A stretch of DNA of 64,000 bases from the NCBI GenBank assembly GCA_048772705.1, contig JBLWGC010000224.1:187710-251709 (forward strand). The letters run 5' to 3'. Shown here one piece after another: positions 22,528 to 31,862 of this stretch. Each line of letters starts with the position of its first letter. Within the stretch, counting starts at the first letter, position 1. The notes under the pieces were generated by a model. The model worked only from the letters and a program-made list of their open reading frames with translations, did no database searches and had not been told where the DNA came from. A program made the position numbers and the translations under genes. The DNA comes from Leidyana gryllorum EB-2025a. Taxonomy: Eukaryota; Protista; Apicomplexa.

Positions 22528-25053
22528 TTAGACGAGGGTGACAGTGAAAGGCAGTCGCTCATCAGCGGAGTTGAAGCCGACCCAAATAGTAAAGGTGCCC
22601 TTCTCAACAATATATTCCAGCTCGGGGGTATAGAATCCGAAGTCTTCCATGACATCGAGCTCAAACTCGAAATCAGCTGAGGCATCAGCAGCAGCGGCAG
22701 GGAACTCAATTCGCTGGAATCGGCGAAGAAGCTTGTTCGGAGGGTTATAGGTGCGGACATCGTCACGAACATAGACTTGAACGATCTCAGCAGATGCGTA
22801 GGGGCCACTCTTATTGAGAGTTCCAGTGATTTTGATCTTGTCTTTCACTGTGACCTCCTCTGGAGTGACCTGTACGTTACTTAGAGTGTATTGGTTATAA
22901 TGCAGTCCGTGTGCGAAGACGAAGCGCGGATCGGCCTTGGAGTCGATGTACTTGGAAACATATTGGACTGAACCAGAGTAGTCTTCGTCACAGAGATACT
23001 GCTCCTTGTACCATACGCCATTCTCGCCCTCGACATTGCGCTCGCAGTCAACACCGTCTTTGAAGATGTCCCGGGTCGCGTTGGCTTGGTAGTAGAAGAT
23101 GGGGATTTGGCCGACGTTCCTTGGTTGAGTGAAGGGAAGACGGCCGGTGGCGTCGTAGTGTCCAAACAACACATCGCGCAGGCCGGGACCTCCCTGATGG
23201 CCGGCAACCCAACCGTATACGACGGCATCGAGGTGCTCGACCTCCCATTCCATAATGTTTGCGCGTCCAGTAAGGAAGACTGCGATCAATTTGGGGCGTG
23301 TGGCTTCTGGCATGGCCTGGGCAGCGTCATAAGAAGCTTTCATGAGATCGAGCTGAGTGCCAGTGAGAGTCAGATCAGTACGGGACGTGGACTCGCCGTT
23401 CATGACCTCAAGATCGCCGACGAAGAAGAGAATGTGGGTGAAGTCTCCCGAAGTGACCTTCTGGATAGTTTCGTCCCAGTTGCGCTGCATTGTTTCCTCG
23501 CCGTAGATGTCGGGGTAGAAGGGGTGAGTGTAGCCGGGAGTATAGTCACATCTGAACGGCGCGTTTTCAGTTTCCTCAACGGTGCCACAGAAAGAGCGTC
23601 TGTAGGTCATAACCTTGCTGGGATAGCAGTCCGAGACCATAAAGGCGCGGCCGGGCCAGGAACCAATCATGTGACGGGGCTCGTCAGCCAGACTTCCGAC
23701 CAACAGTACGTTAGTGGATTGTGTGTTGGGCATAGGCAGAGTCTGATCCTTGTTGGTGACCATGACAACGCTCTTGCGGACGGTCTCACGGGCGACTTCC
23801 ATGTGGTTATCGTGACAGAAGAGGGAAGCATCGTAATCCGGTTTGTACAAAGTCTCGTTATCGAAGAGTCCGAGTCTGTCTTTGAGGGCAATGACACGCT
23901 TGGCGCTGAGCTCGGCGTATTCGTGGTAGGTATGTCCGTCGGGAGCGATTTCGGCACCGACGGCATCGAGGTTGTCGAGGTAAACTCCGTCACTCATGGA
24001 CAAGTCAACACCCGCGTAAACACCTTTGCGAGCGGCGTCCTTGGCGTCTTCGGCAACCCAGAGAGATTGGAGATCGTAGACCGCAGTGTAATCGGCCATG
24101 ACGACACCGTCCCATCCCCAGTAGCCACGGATAATGTCGTTGATCATGAAGCGGTAGCCATGAGCGGCCATGCCATCCATAGCGCTGTAGGAAGGCATCC
24201 AGGTCCAGGACTCGAGAATGGCGGGCTTCATAGCTTGGAGGAAAACATTCAGAAGTTCAGAGAGGTCGAGATTGGCAGTTTGATAGTCTTTGCCGCCTTC
24301 AGGGAGACCGTAGGCAGTCACGTGCTTGATGCAGGTAGCCACACCTTCGCTCTGGAAAGCGCGGACGTAAGCGGCCCCGAGCACACCAGTGAGGTACGGG
24401 TCCTCGCCACTGCCCTCAGAAACACGGCCCCAGCGAGGGTCGCGGCCGATGTCGAGGTTGGGGCCGAAGGTCATGCGAACACCCGAGTTACGAGTCTCGA
24501 TGGCTGCAATTTTGGTGCCTTTCTCAATCAACTCGGGAGAGAAGGCCGCCGCCATTCCGACATTTAGCGGGAAGGTAGTTGCCTGGCCGTGAACGGTATC
24601 GTTGGCAAAGAGGATCGGCACATAACCAAACTCGGTGGCCATTTCCTGGACTTTATCGGTTTCAGGGCGCTCTTGCATGTTGAGGAGCGATCCCACCAGG
24701 CCTTGACGGATGTAATCGCGGTAGTTTTCGGGGTCAAAGCCGCCGTCCTGGTTGCGCTCCCAGTCAAACTGACTCATTTGACCGTAGACTTGGCGACGAG
24801 AAAGAGAGTTGAAGGCTTTACGACCAGCCGCAGAGGTTTTCCATTTGGAGAAGATGTCATCCTTGAAGGGGTCGTGAGGACGAATGTTGACCGCGTAGGT
24901 GATTTGATTAATTTCGGTCTCGTCAGTTAGAGTAAGCGGTAGAACGATGGCCAGCACCAGACACACCAAACCCAAGACTCCGGCAAACCAAACAATGGGC
25001 TTGCGGATGTGGTAGGCAGACCCACCATCAGTAGCACCCTTCTCGCTGCTCAT
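22528..25053 (-). CDS. GH3 beta-glucosidase (BglX-like) with N-terminal signal-anchor; intronless, 841 aa
   Basis: NDTVHG, TTFP, RDPRWGRVSEGSGEDPYL, CIKH, VMADY (nucleophile Asp), GESTSR, PRNVGQIPIFY, FAHGL, C-terminal Fn3-like EIVQVYVRD. TM at residues ~20-42. Confidence 0.96.
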   Translation of the reverse strand: MSSEKGATDGGSAYHIRKPIVWFAGVLGLVCLVLAIVLPLTLTDETEINQITYAVNIRPHDPFKDDIFSKWKTSAAGRKAFNSLSRRQVYGQMSQFDWERNQDGGFDPENYRDYIRQGLVGSLLNMQERPETDKVQEMATEFGYVPILFANDTVHGQATTFPLNVGMAAAFSPELIEKGTKIAAIETRNSGVRMTFGPNLDIGRDPRWGRVSEGSGEDPYLTGVLGAAYVRAFQSEGVATCIKHVTAYGLPEGGKDYQTANLDLSELLNVFLQAMKPAILESWTWMPSYSAMDGMAAHGYRFMINDIIRGYWGWDGVVMADYTAVYDLQSLWVAEDAKDAARKGVYAGVDLSMSDGVYLDNLDAVGAEIAPDGHTYHEYAELSAKRVIALKDRLGLFDNETLYKPDYDASLFCHDNHMEVARETVRKSVVMVTNKDQTLPMPNTQSTNVLLVGSLADEPRHMIGSWPGRAFMVSDCYPSKVMTYRRSFCGTVEETENAPFRCDYTPGYTHPFYPDIYGEETMQRNWDETIQKVTSGDFTHILFFVGDLEVMNGESTSRTDLTLTGTQLDLMKASYDAAQAMPEATRPKLIAVFLTGRANIMEWEVEHLDAVVYGWVAGHQGGPGLRDVLFGHYDATGRLPFTQPRNVGQIPIFYYQANATRDIFKDGVDCERNVEGENGVWYKEQYLCDEDYSGSVQYVSKYIDSKADPRFVFAHGLHYNQYTLSNVQVTPEEVTVKDKIKITGTLNKSGPYASAEIVQVYVRDDVRTYNPPNKLLRRFQRIEFPAAAADASADFEFELDVMEDFGFYTPELEYIVEKGTFTIWVGFNSADERLPFTVTLV

Positions 25054-25311
25054 GAAAAATGCTCAAAGTAGAAAGCTTGGCTCGATGATCAAATCTGCTG
25101 CAGGAGGCGGACTGCTTCGATGTTTTATTACAACTTGTCAGTCGTAGATCGATGTGTGCGGATCCCAGATTTTGGGCCATGAATCTGGTTCGCACACAAG
25201 GATGATCTTTTACGTTGTTGACAAAGTCAGTTCAGCCAAGCAACTCACTCTTACTCTTCTGGGCCTTTTTACAGTCGACGTCGTCAAGTTTTTATCTGAC
25301 TACTAATCATC
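25054..25311. promoter_or_regulatory. Putative bidirectional promoter shared by the two intact GH3 genes
   Basis: 258-nt non-coding gap between divergent ATGs at 25053 and 25312. Confidence 0.5.
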
Positions 25312-27930
25312 ATGAGCGGTAATTACGCGGTTAAGCGGCCCATCGCTTGGATTGGCGGGCTAATCCTCTTGGCGCTAATTGTTCTCGCCATCGTTCTTCC
25401 CATTACTGCTCGGAAGAAGGAAGATGTCATAATCAGTCGCTTCGAAGGCCACTACGAAGTCTTCCAGCCCTTTGCCGGAGACAACGATCCGTTCGCACTG
25501 CTCACTAACGAGCAAAGAGAACGTGCCCAAGCCGCCTTTGACAGCATGTCCGAGGAGCAGAAGCGCGGACACATCAACGTCTACCCTACTTACGGCCTCC
25601 TCACCGGACCGCCAGTTGATGGCTTTGATAACACTCCAGCTGGCTTTGAGAAAATGATCCGCGATGGGTTGGTTGGGGCTTTCTTGAACTTTGTTGACCC
25701 CGAGGAAATTACCGCCATTCAAACCAACGCAACTGAGGAAGTGAGCGACAACTCTGGCTACCCTCTTATGCTCGGATTCGATATTATCCACGGCTTCGCT
25801 ACAATCTTCCCCGTCAACTTGGGTATGGCTTCCGCCTTTGACCCGCAAATGATCTACGACCACGCTGCCTGGGCTGCCCGTGAGGCCCGCTCTGTCGGTG
25901 TCAACTGGAACTACGGTCCCATGTTGGATGTGGGCAGAGATCCGCGCTGGGGACGTGTGTCTGAGGGCAGCGGTGAAGACGCTTATCTGGCTGGTACTTT
26001 GGGCGAAGCTTACATTCGAGGTTTCCAGGACAACAAGGTCGCCGCTTGTGTGAAGCACGTTGGTGCCTATGGCGTCACTCGCGCAGGACGCGATTATACT
26101 TCGGGTGAAATGGGCCGTCTGACTCTGTTCAACGACTACTTTGAGGCTTACCGTCGTGGTTTCAAGGCCAAGCCTCTCACTGCGATGGCTTCCTTCAACG
26201 CTGTGTTCCGCAACGCTGCCCATATGAACCGTGAACTGCTTCAAGACATTCTCCGCATCCAGTGGGGCTTCGACGGCTTTGTAGTCGCAGACTGGAGCGG
26301 TCCGACCGATATGTTTGCCATGCGTGTCGTTGAGAACGGAAACCTGACTCAAGCTGGCGAGGCTTCGCTTGAAGCTGGTGTTGATATGAACATGTCTGAT
26401 ATGGCTTTCTGGACCGGTCTCGCCGAGAGCGGCAAAAAGCGCGCCAAATCCACTGGCCGCACCTTCCAGGACCACATCGACTTGGCCGTCAAGAGAATCT
26501 TGGCTGTCAAGGAGCGCATGAACATCTGGGATGAGTACATTCCTTCTGCCACAGCACCATCGCTTCCCTTCGATGACGCTATGGACTTTGCCGAGAAGGT
26601 CGCTGAGAAGTCTGCCGTTCTCCTTAAAAATGGCGAGTTCAATGGTGAAAAGGTCCTTCCGCTCGACCCGTCCCTTGATAAAGAGCTGTGGCTGGTTGGC
26701 TCCATCGCCGAGATTCCCCGTGATCATCAGGGATCCTGGTCCTCATCTGGTGTTCCCTACAACTCGACGGTTGTCACCGTCAAGAAGGCGCTCGAGCAAC
26801 GCCGGCCCCTCGAGGAAGGCGGAAACTGGAAATACTTTACAGGATACAACACCACCTGGAGAGACGAAGACAACGAGGACGAAGCCGAGGCCTTGGAAAC
26901 TGTTGTGGAGGCCTTCCGTGCTGCCAACCCCAAACCCGACACTGTGGTCTTTGTGGTGGGCGAAAACTCCAACCAGAGTGGCGAAGGAACTTCTCGAACC
27001 AACTTGACTGTCTCCGGCACCCAGTTGGTTATGGTAAAGCGCATTCATGAGATCAACCAAGCCATCGAAGATGAGACTCAGCGTTCCAAACTGGTCTATG
27101 TCGTCATGGCTGGTCGCCCTCTGACTATCCCCTGGGAGGCCGAAAACCTCGACGCCATCCTCTACGCCTGGAACAATGGCGCTCGCGGCGGACCCGCCAT
27201 CTGGAACCTCCTGTTCGGTGACAAGAGTCCCAGCGGAAAGCTTCCCATCACCATGGCACGCAACGTTGGCCAATTGCCCATCTACTACCAGTACCGCGGC
27301 CATCGCGCCCAGTTGAACAGCGAGCAGTGGGATCACATCCTCGACCCCCACTACTGCCTCTGGGATGACAACAAGGAAGATCACCACCGCTACCCCATTG
27401 GAGGCCGCTGCTACATGTCCAACTACATCGACTCCCAAACCAGCCCTCTCTACTGGTTCGGCCACGGTCTCACCTACTCTGAGTTCAAATACTCCAATAT
27501 TGAAGTCTCCCGCGATCAAATCGGTCTACAAGAGATCTACGCAGAGCACCCCAACGTCACTGTCAGCTTCCAAGTTGAACGTGTCGGCGGCAGACGCGAT
27601 ATCGAGGCGACTGAGATTGTACAGATTTACGTCCGCGATGTCGTCGCTTCTGTTATGCCCGCCTGGAAGAACCTCCGTGGATACACTCGTGTCACCTTCC
27701 CTGCCCTCGCTACTGCGGACGCAGACGAAGAGCCCCAGACCGCCAGCGTCGTCCTCAACCTCTACGAAGACTTTGGCTTCTGGAACGAAGCTATGGAGTG
27801 GGTTGTTGAGCCTGGCCGCTTCGACATTATAGTCGGCAAGAGCGCTCGTGATGAGGAACATATCGTGCCTTTCTATGTGATCGACAACAGTGGTAGAACC
27901 AACCTCCCGTTGGGTGCCCGAGCTGACTAA
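25312..27930 (+). CDS. GH3 beta-glucosidase (BglX-like) with N-terminal signal-anchor; intronless, 872 aa
   Basis: FDIIHGFATIFP, RDPRWGRVSEGSGED, CVKH, VVADW, GEGTSR, ARNVGQLPIYY, FGHGLTYS, EIVQIYVRD. TM at residues ~11-31. Confidence 0.96.
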   Translation: MSGNYAVKRPIAWIGGLILLALIVLAIVLPITARKKEDVIISRFEGHYEVFQPFAGDNDPFALLTNEQRERAQAAFDSMSEEQKRGHINVYPTYGLLTGPPVDGFDNTPAGFEKMIRDGLVGAFLNFVDPEEITAIQTNATEEVSDNSGYPLMLGFDIIHGFATIFPVNLGMASAFDPQMIYDHAAWAAREARSVGVNWNYGPMLDVGRDPRWGRVSEGSGEDAYLAGTLGEAYIRGFQDNKVAACVKHVGAYGVTRAGRDYTSGEMGRLTLFNDYFEAYRRGFKAKPLTAMASFNAVFRNAAHMNRELLQDILRIQWGFDGFVVADWSGPTDMFAMRVVENGNLTQAGEASLEAGVDMNMSDMAFWTGLAESGKKRAKSTGRTFQDHIDLAVKRILAVKERMNIWDEYIPSATAPSLPFDDAMDFAEKVAEKSAVLLKNGEFNGEKVLPLDPSLDKELWLVGSIAEIPRDHQGSWSSSGVPYNSTVVTVKKALEQRRPLEEGGNWKYFTGYNTTWRDEDNEDEAEALETVVEAFRAANPKPDTVVFVVGENSNQSGEGTSRTNLTVSGTQLVMVKRIHEINQAIEDETQRSKLVYVVMAGRPLTIPWEAENLDAILYAWNNGARGGPAIWNLLFGDKSPSGKLPITMARNVGQLPIYYQYRGHRAQLNSEQWDHILDPHYCLWDDNKEDHHRYPIGGRCYMSNYIDSQTSPLYWFGHGLTYSEFKYSNIEVSRDQIGLQEIYAEHPNVTVSFQVERVGGRRDIEATEIVQIYVRDVVASVMPAWKNLRGYTRVTFPALATADADEEPQTASVVLNLYEDFGFWNEAMEWVVEPGRFDIIVGKSARDEEHIVPFYVIDNSGRTNLPLGARAD

Positions 27931-28755
27931 CTGCCTGGCAAACTGACTGACTTTATGCTCAACAAGAAGCTTAACAAGTAACAGCGCAGCAGCGTCTACT
28001 TCTCTCCCCCTCGATCTCTTATCACATGCTTTGGACTCAATCCTCTATACACACACACACGCTCGATTACCCTCTATCCACTGTTCACAGCACCATTTTT
28101 TGCTCCTTTTTATTCACATTCACCACTTTTTCACTTCTTAACCTAATTTGATCATTCTAATCAGTCCAAACATCAAAATGCACCGCAACAGTCACTCACA
28201 CTGGGTGGCAGTGCCCGTCAACAGTGCCCAATTCCTTGATTTGATCTCTTCTTTACCTCGTAGTTGCTATGATTTGTTCACCTGGCGTTGCGACATGCAT
28301 GTTGCCTGCCAAAACCATTTGTCTAGCTGTGAGTGTGTTTCTTCTGCCCTGTGACTAGCATGTATGTATCTTTACTTTGGGCGCCCGGCACTTCCTGCGG
28401 CGACTATTGCTGGCTATGGATCGCTCGGGCAGAAGCTTGATGGGATTGTACCGGCAACGACAAGTTTGTGCGGACCGAGGCAGTAAAGTCGCACGGTCCG
28501 CGGCTGGAGCTAAAAATTGATACCTTTTTCTGTGGTGGTATTTCATCAGATCTCCGTACTCTGGGGTGACCGATGGGAACAAAATAGTCAATCGTGTACA
28601 CGAATGCAAATACATAGAGGGGATATGGTCGTTCCACCAACTCTGTTGTACAACGGCCATCAGCCGGGTTCCTGCGATAGAGGTTACTGGCCTTTTCACG
28701 TCGAATTGTGTATCGGTGATCTGCAATTTCTTGCTTTCGGACGATCTTGTATCGG

Positions 28756-28783
28756 TGTGTGCGTGCGTGTGTGTGTGTGTGTG
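28756..28783. repeat. (GT)n microsatellite
   Basis: GTGTGTGCGTGCGTGTGTGTGTGTGTGT. Confidence 0.85.
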
Positions 28784-28869
28784 TAGACCGCCGGTCGCTA
28801 GATAACATATCTGGCGGATTTGATGTAAGATAGCCAATTGGCCGGAAACGTCATCATTGTATAGTATTT

Positions 28870-31599
28870 TCAAGTGACCGTGACGTTGAGGGATTGGATG
28901 GGGCATTGTGAGTCGAAACCAACTGAAATTTCATATGAGCCAGGTTCAATGACCCATTCCAAGTAATCATTGTAAACGCCAAAGTCTTGCGGATCCCCGA
29001 GCATTATGAAGGTACCGCGGGTGCTTTCTTCAGCGGCGAACCCAATCCGCTCAAAGTATTTCAGGCGTTTGACTGGCGCGACGATGTTGGAATTAGTTTT
29101 ACGCATATATAATTGCAGTACAACGTCAGCAGCCCATTGGTAGTTCTTGCGAACGTTGACAGAAATAATAAACGGTCTCACAGATTTGGAGTTCCATATC
29201 AAATCCGAGGATTCGGCCCCAAAGATTTCGAACTCACCATAGCTCATTCCCCAGCCAAATTCAACCAATGGCTCCTCGTCGGCGTCAGCATAGACAGGTC
29301 TATCATAAGGGTCCAAATCGCCCGCGCGGTAACCCGCAGCGTAATGTGTAGGAATTTGGCCGACACTGCGAATAAGGCTCATGGGCATCCGCCCTGCCGG
29401 GGAAGTATGGCCCAGAAGAAGGCGACGGAAGGCCAATCCGCCGCGAGTTCCAGCGTGCCACATCCAGAGGACTGCATCAGCAGCCTCAAAAAGCTCCTCA
29501 AACAAGATCGGCCGGCTTGCACACACGACAACAAGTAACGGCACTGGTGGATCGTACTCATCCCTCATTTCTATGAGTAACTTGCCCAAACGTACTTCTT
29601 TGGCGTCGAGCTCGAGGAATGCTCTGCTTGACTCCGCCTGCTTAGCAGTTTCGCCAATGAAAAGTATCAGCAGACTCGGGCGGCCTTCGCCAACGGTATT
29701 CCGGAGATCAGCGGCGACCTTTTCATCTTTCATGGCTTCAGTCATTCGCGGTTTCGCCGCCTTTGTCTTTGTTGTTCCCTTCAATGCTGAGAGCGGCTCT
29801 CCATTTTCGTCCTCCTGCTCGTCATCGTCGTCATCGTTCGGTTCCCGATAATAAAGGATACCGAGATCGGGGTCAGTGTCTCTGGGGGCGTTCATTGACG
29901 ATAGATCCTCGCCGTATGCCACTCGCGAGGGGCCGCTTACGCCCCCATTCCCGTTCTCCACGGCGCTCACATAAGTGGTAATATGATCGGCACACCCGCC
30001 GTCTTCCAACAAGCGGAGACCTGCAACGGGCTGGGGTCCCAACTGGTCGACTGGGTCGTCCGCCTTGGATCCGCCAATCACTACCCACCCGCCCGTCTTG
30101 ATCGGCAAAACTTGATTGTCATTCTTCAACAAAACAGCCGAACGCTCCGCGGCCATCTGTGCGAGAGCCAAAGTACTTTCGTCACACAAGGATCTCTGAA
30201 CAAACGCCCTCCTCGTCATATCGTTCCCCTCCGCGTCGGCTTCGACGTCGACTTCGAATCCTACAGAGAAACACACAAATGTCATTCATTCATTCATTGT
30301 ACTCGAAATCGCCCTTTGGCCTCGGCCCCAAAGATAACACACACATACAAACTTACCACCAGCTCGCGTCTTTGGACCGCGGGACTGTGCCTCCTCTGTC
30401 AATATGCCCAAAGAGTATTTCATCTTGATCATCCGCTTGGCGGAGAGATCGATGTGCTCCTGGATCTTGTGTCCCTCATTAGTCACACTGCCCGCGATCG
30501 CAAGTCCGTGGTCAATTACTGCTCTGTCGCCATTGAAAACGTCAATTCCCGCATACATTGTGCCCGCCAAAGCAGTTCGCTCTGTGGCATAGACACCACG
30601 TCGCAACAATGCCTCAATCGCTCGACTTCCGCCTATCATCACCCCACGCCACCCCCACATCCCTCGAACCAAGTCAGATAGAATGTCATGACTATCATGC
30701 AGTGCACGCCCGCCGTGAGAATGCTGCGCCACCATCGCGGCTGAAGCGTAAGAAAAGGCATTACGAAACGGATTGAGGTAATCAAAGTAGAATTCGTTCA
30801 GATGAATGGCAGCCTCTCCGAAATCACGACCTCCGCGGACAGTACTCGGTGCCCCAAATTGAGTCACACAAGCCGCCAAACCCTCTCGCTCGTACCCCCG
30901 AACCATACTCACAGCCATCTCCGATGCCAGGTGGGTATCTTCGCCGAAACTCAAACTCGTTCCGGACCAACGGGGATCTCGCGAAATCGCAGCCGTCGGA
31001 CCCAAACCCATATGGATGCCGACACTCCTCGCTTCCCACGCTATCACCCGTGCCACATCATATACAAACGCGGAGTCAAATGTGGCTGCCAAACCCATCG
31101 GCGTAGGAAAGATCGTAGCGAATCCGTGACTCAAAGTCGTCGCGAACAATAATGGCGGCGCACCTTCGGAACTCACTGCTGCCTTCACGCTCCGAATTTC
31201 ATCATAACTATGCATGTCAATTATACCTCCCAGCGTTCCATTCACTGCGGCTTTCCTCAACTCCTCCACCGAATAATCGTTGTAAGATTCCAACCGCAAC
31301 TGCGCCACACGCTCAGCCCCACTCAGACCCTCATACACACGACGGGCCACCTCTAAGGTTGCTGATTCAAACGGATCTGGAAGATCGAAAACATCAATAT
31401 GGTTTATCGGGCGCCGTATAGTCACCAGTGTGTCACCACACCCTACTTGCGTCGCCAGTGCCAAGTACACTACCACCATCAACACGATCAATGCCGATAT
31501 CATTAGCGGAATCAATATCCATATCCATCGTTTCGCCCATGTCACCTTGCTCCCGCTCACGGTACTGACCGTTCGGTGAGTTCCGTACTCTTCAGACAT
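28870..31599 (-). CDS. Catalytically degenerate GH3 homologue with N-terminal signal-anchor; one intron (30261-30356)
   Basis: Retains HGFATIFP, RDPRW..FGED, SAVLLKND, RSVGQIP, FGWGMSY and VLQLY. Lacks the Asp of DxxHG (TTLSHG), the KH pair (CVTQ) and the nucleophile Asp (VMIGG). A GTAAGT..TAG intron joins ORFs 30286..31635 and 28870..30285 in frame. Confidence 0.9.
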
Positions 31600-31862
31600 A
31601 GTATTCAGAGACAAGACAGGTAGTCTACAAACCAATGATCTTTACTTCAAAAAATACACCACACAGCTCCCCAACGCCAACAATCTTGAGCCTGACACAA
31701 TCAACCCACTCATGTCCTACTCAGCGGACACCCAAGCCACCGGGAAACGCCCCCAACACTAAGAAGCAAACAAGCCCCATTGAGACGCCCATTGTGATGT
31801 AACCGTCACCCGATCTGGAAAAATAAACTGGTTCAAGTAGTGCAACTGTGTCAACTTTATCA

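Noticed and set aside
23086-24567. 493-aa + strand ORF inside GH3 copy 1
   Set aside because: Antisense shadow of a codon-biased gene; no motifs.
25375-27519. 450-aa and 258-aa - strand ORFs inside GH3 copy 2
   Set aside because: Antisense shadows of a codon-biased gene; no motifs.
28355-28906. 183-aa and 134-aa - strand ORFs between GH3 copies 2 and 3
   Set aside because: They read through a microsatellite, have no recognisable domain and give no consistent exon model. A small gene cannot be excluded.
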